From positions 495,852-559,851 of the forward strand of contig CBDCTA010000029.1 in the NCBI GenBank assembly GCA_965221955.1: a stretch of DNA of 64,000 nucleotides, read 5' to 3'. The DNA comes from Gammaproteobacteria bacterium (lineage in GTDB: Bacteria; Pseudomonadota; Gammaproteobacteria; UBA4575). This document shows, piece after piece, positions 9,331 to 17,786 of the stretch. Position 1 is the first letter of the stretch. Every line of letters begins with the position of its first letter. The notes beneath the pieces are model-generated. The model ran no database searches, was not told where the DNA came from, and saw nothing but the letters and a program-made list of their open reading frames with translations. Position numbers and translations under genes: made by a program.

Positions 9331-9735
9331 TTATGCACAACACGCACTTGATTTTGAGGCATTGGCTTCATCGGGATTATCGTTGGTTATGGTGTACCAC
9401 TCCCAATTTAGTCCTTGCGGCTCGGTTGACCACACTTTGTCTTGTGTCGCAAAGCAGCATGTTGTTTGATCTTCAATTTTGTTTGCGATGTCATCACGTT
9501 CGAGTCGCTTTATTACCTCACCCAAATCATCATTTTGATCTACTTCCACTCCAAGATGATTGATTCTGTCATTCGCATTGGGATCTTCAATCAGAACCAG
9601 CTTCAATGGTGGATTATCAATCACAAAGTTTGCGTATCCCTTTCTTCGTTTATGTGGCTTAGTATCGAAGAGTTTTGTGTAATAGCTTACAGCTTCGTCA
9701 ATATTCCTTACGTTTAAGGCTAATTGTAGTCTCAT
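9331..9735 (-). CDS. VOC-family metalloenzyme, ArsI/CadI-like (candidate C-As lyase / metal-induced dioxygenase)
   Basis: 134 aa. The N-terminus MRLQLALNV..LFDTKP.KRRKGYANFVIDNPPLKLVLIE...NHLGVEV matches the ArsI/CadI signature. It has a vicinal Cys pair TTCCFATQDKVW and a C-terminal SACCA. Its stop abuts the sigma start codon (TAA-ATG). Confidence 0.6.
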   Translation of the reverse strand: MRLQLALNVRNIDEAVSYYTKLFDTKPHKRRKGYANFVIDNPPLKLVLIEDPNANDRINHLGVEVDQNDDLGEVIKRLERDDIANKIEDQTTCCFATQDKVWSTEPQGLNWEWYTITNDNPDEANASKSSACCA

Positions 9736-9819
9736 AGTACTTGCTCCAAATTCATTAATTGAGTTAGTAGTAAAAGACGTTTCAAAAAGGAAAAGGACGC
9801 AAAAATTAGTTAACTGGGG

Positions 9820-9849
9820 AATGCCCGCTTTGGGTCGTTAGCGGACATT
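9820..9849. promoter_or_regulatory. 30-bp imperfect palindrome motif, copy 2 (aatgcccgc-tttgggtcgtta-gcggacatt), upstream of the VOC-sigma operon
   Basis: It lies 85 bp upstream of the VOC gene start on the minus strand. Loop/core tttgggtcgtta is identical to copy 3. Confidence 0.5.
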
Positions 9850-9991
9850 TTAAGATTGTAAATTACTGATTCCAACACATTGCGTCCCATAATTTGTCTG
9901 CATTCGGCTCAGAAGTGTCCATTTGCTCGTATCTTGATTGAGTGCTTGTTAGCGACTGTATAACTTATTCAATAATACAATGAGCAATTTC

Positions 9992-10183
9992 TTAGCGTTC
10001 GATTCGAACCTCATCCATCTTGGACATCCTTCTTTTAAGTTCTTTCTCAAGGATATTTCTTGCATACGGTTTCATTCTCTTCCATTTCTCACATTCCTGT
10101 TCAGTTCGACCGCAACCCAGGCACCAGCCTTTGGGTCCTTTGAACTGACACACATCGATACAAGGACTTTTTTGCCGTTTCAC
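9992..10183 (-). CDS. DUF1289 family Cys-rich small protein (putative Fe-S/metal-binding)
   Basis: 63 aa. SPCIDVCQFKG..GWCLGCGRTEQECEKWKRM matches the DUF1289 (YdhL-like) pattern. It has a GTG start. Confidence 0.6.
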   Translation of the reverse strand: MKRQKSPCIDVCQFKGPKGWCLGCGRTEQECEKWKRMKPYARNILEKELKRRMSKMDEVRIER

Positions 10184-10229
10184 TGTTTATTGCACCATTT
10201 AAACGCTTGTGCTTTTTTATCAACTCAAG

Positions 10230-10706
10230 CTAGGTTTGCACTAGACTCAGTGCTTGTTCTATACCTTTTTCCAGCTGTCGAAGTCTGTTGAACTCTTCGA
10301 GTAGCCGTTGTTCCAAATTCTTAAAATTGAGAGGGAGCGTTCTTTTACAAATGCTGTATCCTTCACCGATCTGATAACCCTTCCAATTTTTTATACGATC
10401 GCTTTCTAGGGCTAGAAATTCTTGAATGAATTCCTGCTGTGAAGGGCAATCTTCTTCTGCATGCATACAGATTGGGAAGGCTTTTTGTTTAATTTCTCTG
10501 GCTTCTATGAAAGTTTCAAAATGTATTCCTCCTTGATTATGATTGTGCCAGTTATATTTGTAGAGTTGCAGATAAACACCGCGGTTGTAAATTTCCCAAC
10601 CACTATCAAACCAACTTGATTGATTAATTTTTCTTTCAAGGTTTCGAAAAACTTTTTTTATATCTTTCATGTTTAGGATATTTCTTAATTTAAAGTCGGT
10701 AGACAA
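10230..10706 (-). CDS. Hypothetical protein (158 aa), no recognisable domain
   Basis: Long ORF immediately upstream of the DUF1289 gene on the same strand (46 bp gap). No domain recognised by eye. Confidence 0.45.
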   Translation of the reverse strand: MSTDFKLRNILNMKDIKKVFRNLERKINQSSWFDSGWEIYNRGVYLQLYKYNWHNHNQGGIHFETFIEAREIKQKAFPICMHAEEDCPSQQEFIQEFLALESDRIKNWKGYQIGEGYSICKRTLPLNFKNLEQRLLEEFNRLRQLEKGIEQALSLVQT

Positions 10707-10778
10707 AAGCTAATAGTTACGAAACTTTGATGAAATATGGAAAAGTGCAAATACGAATCTTATTATCATAAATTAATT

Positions 10779-10808
10779 AATGTCTGCTTTGGGTCGTTAG
10801 CGGCCATT
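10779..10808. promoter_or_regulatory. 30-bp imperfect palindrome motif, copy 3 (aatgtctgc-tttgggtcgtta-gcggccatt), between sohB 3' end and the orphan ORF start
   Basis: Same core as copy 2. It overlaps the sohB stop region and lies about 70 bp upstream of the 10706 start. Confidence 0.5.
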
Positions 10809-11833
10809 CAATTAAACAATTTCGAGTCTTGTTCTTTTTGCCACCAAGAAAAAAATAATTTATCTATGGTCATCTGCATGGAGGTTGCAAAACGTTCGCT
10901 GATGGTTTTAGGCACTTCATATTTAATTTCATAAATGTCTGCCTCGTTGCTCGCGTTTAATAAGTAATCGTCACTGGTAATCAGTTCATCTACGAGTTTG
11001 AGCTCAAGTCCGCGTGTGGCAAGCCAATGTTCACCTGTAGCGACTTTATCGATTTCAAGAATAGGACGATTCTCTTTTACAAACTCTTTGAATAAGTCGT
11101 GAGTGTCTTCTAATTGCTCGTTAAAATGCGCACGATCTTCATCGGTGTTTTTACCAAACATGGTGACTGTGCGCTTGAGCTCACCTGCCTTCATCAATTC
11201 AAAGTCCACACCATGCTTATCTAGAAAGCGATTGAAGTTTGGTAATTGTGCTAGTACGCCAATGGAGCCAACGATGGCAAAAGGAGCAGCAATAATTTTG
11301 TCGGCTACGCATGCCATCATATAGCCACCGCTTGCGGCTACCTTGTCGACTGCAACAGTGAGTGGAATACCTTTTTGTTTTATGCGTAAAAGTTGCGAAG
11401 AAGCGAAACCATGTTCATGTACTAATCCGCCAGCATTTTCTAAACAAACCACCACCTCATCTGAGCTATCCGCTACTGATAAAATTGCTGTGATCTCTTT
11501 TCTGAGATGGCGTACAGCAGAAGCTTTTATGTTGCCTAAGAAATTAAGTACAAAAATACGTTTTTTATCTGTATCAGGATGTTTCTTTTCTTTTTTACGT
11601 TCTTTCTTATTTTCTTTTTTTACCTTTTTTAAATCTTTTTTAGATAACAAAGCAAAACGTAGTCGATCAGACATATTCTTATACTTTTTATTTAGATGAG
11701 TGATCTCAAAATGATCATGGCTACGTGCTTTTTTCGAAAAGGAAAATGCCAGCATCATAAGTACCCAAATAAAAATCAGGGCGGTGATTGCCTTGGCAAA
11801 AAATAATCCGTATTCGGTTAAAAATTCGATCAT
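10808..11833 (-). CDS. sohB: Inner-membrane protease SohB (peptidase S49 family)
   Basis: 341 aa. N-terminal TM segment, then a Lys-rich linker and an S49/ClpP-fold region (GGLVHEHG, ASGGYMMAC). Confidence 0.8.
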   Translation of the reverse strand: MIEFLTEYGLFFAKAITALIFIWVLMMLAFSFSKKARSHDHFEITHLNKKYKNMSDRLRFALLSKKDLKKVKKENKKERKKEKKHPDTDKKRIFVLNFLGNIKASAVRHLRKEITAILSVADSSDEVVVCLENAGGLVHEHGFASSQLLRIKQKGIPLTVAVDKVAASGGYMMACVADKIIAAPFAIVGSIGVLAQLPNFNRFLDKHGVDFELMKAGELKRTVTMFGKNTDEDRAHFNEQLEDTHDLFKEFVKENRPILEIDKVATGEHWLATRGLELKLVDELITSDDYLLNASNEADIYEIKYEVPKTISERFATSMQMTIDKLFFSWWQKEQDSKLFN

Positions 11834-11857
11834 GGGCTGATTTCCTAGTTTATTTTG

Positions 11858-12694
11858 TTATTCCTGATATAGGCATTCGTAGCTGCTGAAGAATTGTCCA
11901 TGTGCATTCTCTGAGGAATCATCGTAGAACAACGACTTCAATTGTAATCGGGGTGTGTTTAGAATAGATCCGTCAATAATGGTTCTGAAGATTTCGCTGC
12001 CTAACAATTGATGTGAAGTACTTAAGTAAATTTTGCTGAGTTGTTGATCTTCAACCATGGTATGCAGCATTTTAGGTCCAGCGATTAAATAAAAATGTTT
12101 ATAGTTTTTACGAATAAGTGCATCTATTAAAGGTTTGCCTTCTACCAAACTAGATTCTCCCGTGATGAGCACTTCAAATCCTTCTTCTTGCCACTGCTTA
12201 ATTTTATTTTCATCGGCGTTTTGTCCAGTAGCAATATAAACTTGTTGAGTATTTTCTTTCAGTGATGGATGCATGGGAAAATCGAGGCTAGCGCTTGCAA
12301 TAACCAAGGCTGGATGTGGCGACAATCCTTGTAGCGTTCGCCAGTTATATAAATCTTCACAGTCTCTTTCATCAGGTAGTTGTAGGATATTACCTAGTTT
12401 TTTTTCAGCTAAAGCGCGCATATAACCACCGTGGGTGATTAAACAATCTGCTTGCGCGTGGAGTTCTAAAAATAATCGAAAATCTTCATCACTCGTAAGT
12501 GATTTGGGGAGTTCAGCAGCTTGGATGTTGCTTGAGCTTATGGCGATGCGCCCATCAAGACTGCTTAGAAAATTAGCAACTACAGTAGCTTGTTCTGAGT
12601 TGGATGAATACCAGCCATGTTTGTATAGATATAGATTTTTTAATTCAATTGTTTCAGAGGACTGAGGATAAAGTTGTAAAAGCTTCTTAGCCAT
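11858..12694 (-). CDS. RibD C-terminal-domain-like reductase family protein (dihydrofolate-reductase-like fold)
   Basis: 278 aa. The N-terminal ...VVANFLSSLDGRIA... is typical of RibD_C/YwjB-like reductases. The assignment is moderate. Confidence 0.55.
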   Translation of the reverse strand: MAKKLLQLYPQSSETIELKNLYLYKHGWYSSNSEQATVVANFLSSLDGRIAISSSNIQAAELPKSLTSDEDFRLFLELHAQADCLITHGGYMRALAEKKLGNILQLPDERDCEDLYNWRTLQGLSPHPALVIASASLDFPMHPSLKENTQQVYIATGQNADENKIKQWQEEGFEVLITGESSLVEGKPLIDALIRKNYKHFYLIAGPKMLHTMVEDQQLSKIYLSTSHQLLGSEIFRTIIDGSILNTPRLQLKSLFYDDSSENAHGQFFSSYECLYQE

Positions 12695-12773
12695 AACAGC
12701 TGGATTAAAAATTCTGGGTTATAGGATTGTTATGATTATCATTGGATAATTTTGCATTATCCTAGCACGACCT

Positions 12774-13154
12774 TTGTATAAATTTATGCAAAAACCAAAC
12801 ATTTCCATCGCAATTCCAAAGCAGCGCTATAAGTTTGGCGCATATACGATTGTTGTACTTGAAGAAATTGAATCTAAGGGTGAAATTGAATTCCTCTATT
12901 TGCTTGCAGGTATTAAAGACGGGCACAATGAGCCTGAAATTTACATCACATGTGAAAAAGCACAGCCAGATTCAATTGAAAAAGGCTCTCACATTATTAG
13001 AGTATTTGCCCAACAATTAGACTCCGAGCAATCGGGTAGTGTTATCGATCAATCCAATTCATGGAGCGATCGAGACGCTTTTGTTTCCTATGGTCTTTCG
13101 GGTTTTAAACAGATGTTGGGTTTAGAAGATGAAGAGCCTTATTTATTAGTGTAG
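12774..13154 (+). CDS. Hypothetical protein (126 aa)
   Basis: ORF with no clear SD and no recognisable domain. It is divergent from the reductase gene. Confidence 0.35.
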   Translation: MYKFMQKPNISIAIPKQRYKFGAYTIVVLEEIESKGEIEFLYLLAGIKDGHNEPEIYITCEKAQPDSIEKGSHIIRVFAQQLDSEQSGSVIDQSNSWSDRDAFVSYGLSGFKQMLGLEDEEPYLLV

Positions 13155-13163
13155 CCAACTATT

Positions 13164-14975
13164 ATGAATTCTATTCAACAGCTTCCTCCACAGTTAGTAA
13201 ATCAAATTGCAGCCGGTGAAGTGATCGAACGGCCTGCTTCAGTTTTAAAAGAGTTACTGGAAAATGCTTTGGATGCAGGTGCGACAAAAATTATTATTGA
13301 ATTGGAACAAGGGGGTATGCAATCTATTCGAGTAAGTGATAACGGTCTAGGTATCCCTAAAGATGAAATTCATATGGCGGTACAACGCCATGCGACCAGC
13401 AAAATTGCTTCCATGGATGATCTTGAGCACATCGCTACCTTGGGATTTCGAGGTGAAGCCTTACCAAGCATCGCATCGGTTTCAAAGTTTAGTTTAGCTT
13501 CTAATAATAGTGAAGAAGGCAATGCAGGTTGGGTAATCAGTTCAGACGGTAGAGAATTCAACGAAGAAGTTATGCCGGTGCGACAAACACGTGGCACGAC
13601 AGTTGAGGTAAAAGATTTATTTTTTAACGTGCCCGCGAGAAAAAAATTCTTACGCACTGAGAAAACTGAGCTTAAGCACTGTGACAATGTATTACGTAAA
13701 ATCGCATTAAGTCGCTTTGATGTAACCGTGATCGCGAAACACAATGGGCGCAATGTGTTTGAGGTAAGTGCATGCGACTTTTTTGAAAAGGGCTCGGATC
13801 GAGTAGGTCAAATCAGTGGTAAGCAATTTGCCGAGCAAAGCATTTACTTAGAAAACGCTGCTCAAGATATTCAAATACAAGGTTGGATTAGCTTACCTAC
13901 TTTTTCTCGTAGCCAAGCTGACTTGCAATATTTTTATGTAAACGGACGTGTGATTCGAGACAAAGTGATTTCGCATGCTATCAAACAAGCGTATCAAGAT
14001 GTGTTGTATCACGGTCGTTTCCCCGCGTTTGTATTGTTTTTAGAAATGGATCCGGTACAGGTAGATGTAAATGCGCACCCAACCAAGCACGAGGTTCGGT
14101 TTCGCCAAAGTCGTTATGTACACGACTTTATTCGACACACGGTGGGTAAAGCGATTGCAGAAACAATGCCCAAGCAAGAACAACAAGGGGCAGAACAATA
14201 CCGAGAAATTGTTGATGATTATATTCGTGCGGCACAAAGCCAAAGTGCAGTAAAAGATCATTCTTATTCACATGCGAGCTCAACCTCGCAGCATGTGCGT
14301 GAACCTGTGCATAGTTATGCTACGCAAACCGCTAATGAATATGATTTGTTGTTAAGAATGCCCCCTGAAGAAGCGCATACTACAGAAGAAGCGCCACCTC
14401 TAGGTTATGCCATTGAACAATTACACGGTATTTATATCTTGGCTCAAAACGCAAAGGGATTGGTGATTGTAGACATGCACGCAGCACATGAACGCATTGT
14501 GTATGAAAAGCTAAAAACTTCTTATCAACAAGGTGAGCTTGCTACACAACCATTACTGATGCCGTTAACCATCAATGTAAGTCCGCAAGAAGCAGTATTG
14601 GCCGAACAACATAGTGAAGCGTTTTTAAAATTTGGTTTTCATATAGAGCGTTTTGGTGAAGATAGTATTGTGGTGCGAGAAATTCCTTCTTTGCTGCAGC
14701 AAGCAGATGTCAATACATTGGTGCTAGATGTGCTAGCCGATTTAAATATGTTTGGTAGTTCAGAAAAATTAGAGCAAGCGAATAATGAATTATTGTCAAC
14801 GATGGCATGCTACGGTTCGGTACGTGCACACAGAAAACTTACGCTTGCAGAAATGAATGCCTTGTTACGTGAAATGGAAGCCACAGAAAGAAGTTCGCAA
14901 TGCAATCATGGAAGGCCAACTTGGGTGCAATTGAGTATTGATCAGCTCGATAAACTCTTCAAGCGCGGCCAATAG
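13164..14975 (+). CDS. mutL: DNA mismatch repair protein MutL
   Basis: 603 aa. N-terminal GHKL ATPase (NQIAAGEVIERPASVLKELLENALDAGAT) and a C-terminal dimerisation domain. Confidence 0.9.
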   Translation: MNSIQQLPPQLVNQIAAGEVIERPASVLKELLENALDAGATKIIIELEQGGMQSIRVSDNGLGIPKDEIHMAVQRHATSKIASMDDLEHIATLGFRGEALPSIASVSKFSLASNNSEEGNAGWVISSDGREFNEEVMPVRQTRGTTVEVKDLFFNVPARKKFLRTEKTELKHCDNVLRKIALSRFDVTVIAKHNGRNVFEVSACDFFEKGSDRVGQISGKQFAEQSIYLENAAQDIQIQGWISLPTFSRSQADLQYFYVNGRVIRDKVISHAIKQAYQDVLYHGRFPAFVLFLEMDPVQVDVNAHPTKHEVRFRQSRYVHDFIRHTVGKAIAETMPKQEQQGAEQYREIVDDYIRAAQSQSAVKDHSYSHASSTSQHVREPVHSYATQTANEYDLLLRMPPEEAHTTEEAPPLGYAIEQLHGIYILAQNAKGLVIVDMHAAHERIVYEKLKTSYQQGELATQPLLMPLTINVSPQEAVLAEQHSEAFLKFGFHIERFGEDSIVVREIPSLLQQADVNTLVLDVLADLNMFGSSEKLEQANNELLSTMACYGSVRAHRKLTLAEMNALLREMEATERSSQCNHGRPTWVQLSIDQLDKLFKRGQ

Positions 14976-15099
14976 AAGCCCCTGAATTTGTTTTCTGCTT
15001 CGTTAAAAAAATGATCTCAATAGTGCTCATGTATTAGCATATACACTTCGCTTATTTCGACATTTTTTTGCCTCACATAAAATCAAATCAGAGCCTTCT
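14976..15099 (+). repeat. Intergenic repeat family, copy E, between mutL and miaA
   Basis: aagcccctgaatttgttttctg-cttcgttaaaaaaatgatctcaatagtgctcatgtattagcatatacacttcgcttatttcgacatttttttgcctcacataaaatcaaatcagagccttc. It ends 10 bp before the miaA GTG. Confidence 0.7.
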
Positions 15100-15109
15100 A
15101 TAAATTGAA

Positions 15110-16039
15110 GTGAATACCTCTCCTGTTATTTGTGTGATGGGTCCTACCGCTAGTGGTAAGACAGATCTTGCGCTTGCCATTGCAGATGAATTTCCGTGTG
15201 AAATTATTAGTGTAGATTCGGTGATGGTGTACCGGGATTTGAATATCGGATCTGCTAAACCAAATCAAAAAGTTTTACAACGATATCCGCATCAATTGGT
15301 GGATATTATAAATCCCGAAGAAAGTTATTCGGTTGCCAATTTTTGTAGTGATGCTTTGCGATGCATTGAGCAGGCACATAGTAATCATAAAGTTCCATTG
15401 TTAGTGGGTGGCACCATGCTGTATTTCAATGCCTTGCTACATGGATTGTCCGATATGCCAAGTGCGGATGAAGGGGTAAGAAAAAAGATTACCGAACTTG
15501 CAGAAGAAAAGAGCTGGGAGTTTGTGCATGCGCAACTCGCAAAAGTAGATCCACAAGCCGCAAAGCGTATCCACCCAAATGATCCGCAGCGCATTCAGCG
15601 CGCTTTGGAAGTTTATGAGCTAACCGGAACACCTCTTAGCGAATGGCATGCAGATACGGAACCTACTCAGTTTCCTTTTAAAGTTTTAAAGCTAGCATTA
15701 ATTCCTGAAGATCGTGGGCTTTTGCATAAGCGAATCGAAAATAGATTCGATCAAATGCTGCAAACAGGTTTCATGGATGAGATGCGGCAACTTTATCAAC
15801 GTGATTCTCTACACGAAAATCTACCTTCGATGCGTTCGGTTGGTTACCGGCAGGCTTGGAAATTTTTAGCGGGTGAATATGATGAAATCATGATGCGCGA
15901 AAAAGCAATTATCGCCACTAGGCAGTTCGCAAAACGCCAGCTTACCTGGCTGCGCAGTGAGTCATCTTTATGCGTTATTCCTGCTGAAAAGCATGATATT
16001 CATGATGTTCGTCAACAAATTCACAGTCATTTGGCATAG
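15110..16039 (+). CDS. miaA: tRNA dimethylallyltransferase
   Basis: 309 aa with a P-loop GPTASGKT, a MiaA-like sequence and a GTG start. Confidence 0.9.
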   Translation: MNTSPVICVMGPTASGKTDLALAIADEFPCEIISVDSVMVYRDLNIGSAKPNQKVLQRYPHQLVDIINPEESYSVANFCSDALRCIEQAHSNHKVPLLVGGTMLYFNALLHGLSDMPSADEGVRKKITELAEEKSWEFVHAQLAKVDPQAAKRIHPNDPQRIQRALEVYELTGTPLSEWHADTEPTQFPFKVLKLALIPEDRGLLHKRIENRFDQMLQTGFMDEMRQLYQRDSLHENLPSMRSVGYRQAWKFLAGEYDEIMMREKAIIATRQFAKRQLTWLRSESSLCVIPAEKHDIHDVRQQIHSHLA

Positions 16040-16143
16040 CTGAAAGGGTGTTGAAACTGCTACACTATAGATATGGTGGGAGTCAAGCTTTCTTGAATGC
16101 CCACTAGATAATAACAATAACAAAAACTAGAGGTGTTATAGCA

Positions 16144-16380
16144 ATGTCAAAAGGTCAAACTTTACAAGAACCCTTTCTAAATGCTTTGCGAAAAGAAAAA
16201 GTCCCCGTATCAATTTATTTAGTTAATGGAATCAAATTACAAGGCCAAGTTGATTCATTTGATCAATTCGTTGTGCTACTAAAAAATAGTGTCAATCAGA
16301 TGGTGTACAAACATGCCATTTCTACTATTGTACCTTCACGTATGGTGAAGATGCCGATGAGTGATGAGCAGCCTGAATAA
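16144..16380 (+). CDS. hfq: RNA chaperone Hfq
   Basis: 78 aa with the Sm motif [25 protein letters not shown] and [10 protein letters not shown]. Confidence 0.95.
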   Translation: MSKGQTLQEPFLNALRKEKVPVSIYLVNGIKLQGQVDSFDQFVVLLKNSVNQMVYKHAISTIVPSRMVKMPMSDEQPE

Positions 16381-16418
16381 TTTGCAGTATCCTATAACCA
16401 TTCATTTAGGATTTTCTT

Positions 16419-17705
16419 TTGTTTGAGCGTCCAGACATAGGTCAACGCGCTATACTTGTGCATGTAAAGTTTAATGGGGCAGCAAATAATCAAGACTTAG
16501 GTGAATTTAAAGATCTGGTACGATCGACTGGTGCAGAAATTGCCACAGTTGTAACCGTGCAACGTAGTACACCTGATGCAAAACTATTAATTGGCAGTGG
16601 CAAGGTTGAAGAGATTGGTGTGCTTGCTTATTCGCTTGAAGCCGATATTGTAATTTTTAATTATTCTTTATCTCCGAGTCAGGAGCGCAACTTAGAAAAG
16701 ATTTGTAAAAAACGTGTTCTGGATCGAACTGGTTTAATCTTAGACATTTTTGCGCAACGCGCGCGCTCCTACGAAGGTAAGTTACAAGTAGAGCTTGCGC
16801 AATTAAAGTATTTATCCACACGCTTGGTGCGTGGTTGGAGTCATTTGGAGCGTCAGAAAGGTGGTATTGGTTTACGCGGTCCGGGTGAGAAACAATTAGA
16901 ATCTGATAGACGCTTGTTACGTGCACGAATTAAACAAATTTCTAAGCGTTTAGATAAATTACGCCAACAGCGAGATCAAGGCAGAGCAGCACGCAGAAAA
17001 ACGACTACACCTACGGTTGCATTAGTGGGTTATACCAACGCAGGTAAGTCGACCTTATTTAATCGTTTAACGGATGCTACGGTATATTCTGCAGATAAGT
17101 TATTTGCAACGTTAGACCCAACGCTACGGCGTATGCAGATTTCTAAGGGTCAGCATATTGTGTTGGCGGATACAGTTGGGTTCATTCAAGATTTGCCGCA
17201 CGATCTAATCGAAGCATTTCATGCCACATTACAAGAAACGCAAGAGGCAGATCTACTTTTACACATTGTTGATGCGAGTGATCCAAACCGCGACAACAAT
17301 ATTGAACAGGTTCAGCTTGTTCTGGAGCAAATCGATGCTTTGGAAGTTCCGCAGATCATGGTGTTTAACAAAATAGATCAAATTGACATGTTGCCGAATG
17401 TTGATCTAGATGCACATGGGAGAATTCAACATGTTTGGATGTCTGCTCAGAGTGGAGAAGGTAAAGAGCTTTTGGTTCAAGCGCTGAAACAGTATTTTGA
17501 ACAACAAGTTGAGCGTATGTGGCTGCATTTACCTCCGGCCAAAGGTGGGTTGCGTAGTGAGCTATATAAGCATAGTGAAGTGTTGCAAGAGTCTGTTGAT
17601 GATCAAGGATTCTGGTTGATCGAGGCTGAAATTCCTTTGAATATACTCAAAAAGTTTGCGGAATATAAAATTCCTGAAGAATCTGTACAGCAGGCAAGCT
17701 TATAA
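16419..17705 (+). CDS. hflX: GTPase HflX
   Basis: 428 aa. G-domain motifs GYTNAGKST and DTVGF. It sits in the hfq-hflX-hflK-hflC order. Confidence 0.9.
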   Translation: MFERPDIGQRAILVHVKFNGAANNQDLGEFKDLVRSTGAEIATVVTVQRSTPDAKLLIGSGKVEEIGVLAYSLEADIVIFNYSLSPSQERNLEKICKKRVLDRTGLILDIFAQRARSYEGKLQVELAQLKYLSTRLVRGWSHLERQKGGIGLRGPGEKQLESDRRLLRARIKQISKRLDKLRQQRDQGRAARRKTTTPTVALVGYTNAGKSTLFNRLTDATVYSADKLFATLDPTLRRMQISKGQHIVLADTVGFIQDLPHDLIEAFHATLQETQEADLLLHIVDASDPNRDNNIEQVQLVLEQIDALEVPQIMVFNKIDQIDMLPNVDLDAHGRIQHVWMSAQSGEGKELLVQALKQYFEQQVERMWLHLPPAKGGLRSELYKHSEVLQESVDDQGFWLIEAEIPLNILKKFAEYKIPEESVQQASL

Positions 17706-17786
17706 GCTGACTTTTTCTATTGTCTTGATAGAATGTGTCATTCGTGTCGAATAAAAATTAACCCATAACCATTTCTGGAGTGAACT

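Noticed and set aside
9980-10291. 103-aa + strand ORF overlapping the DUF1289 gene
   Set aside because: The opposite-strand DUF1289 frame carries a highly conserved Cys pattern. The + strand frame is low complexity.
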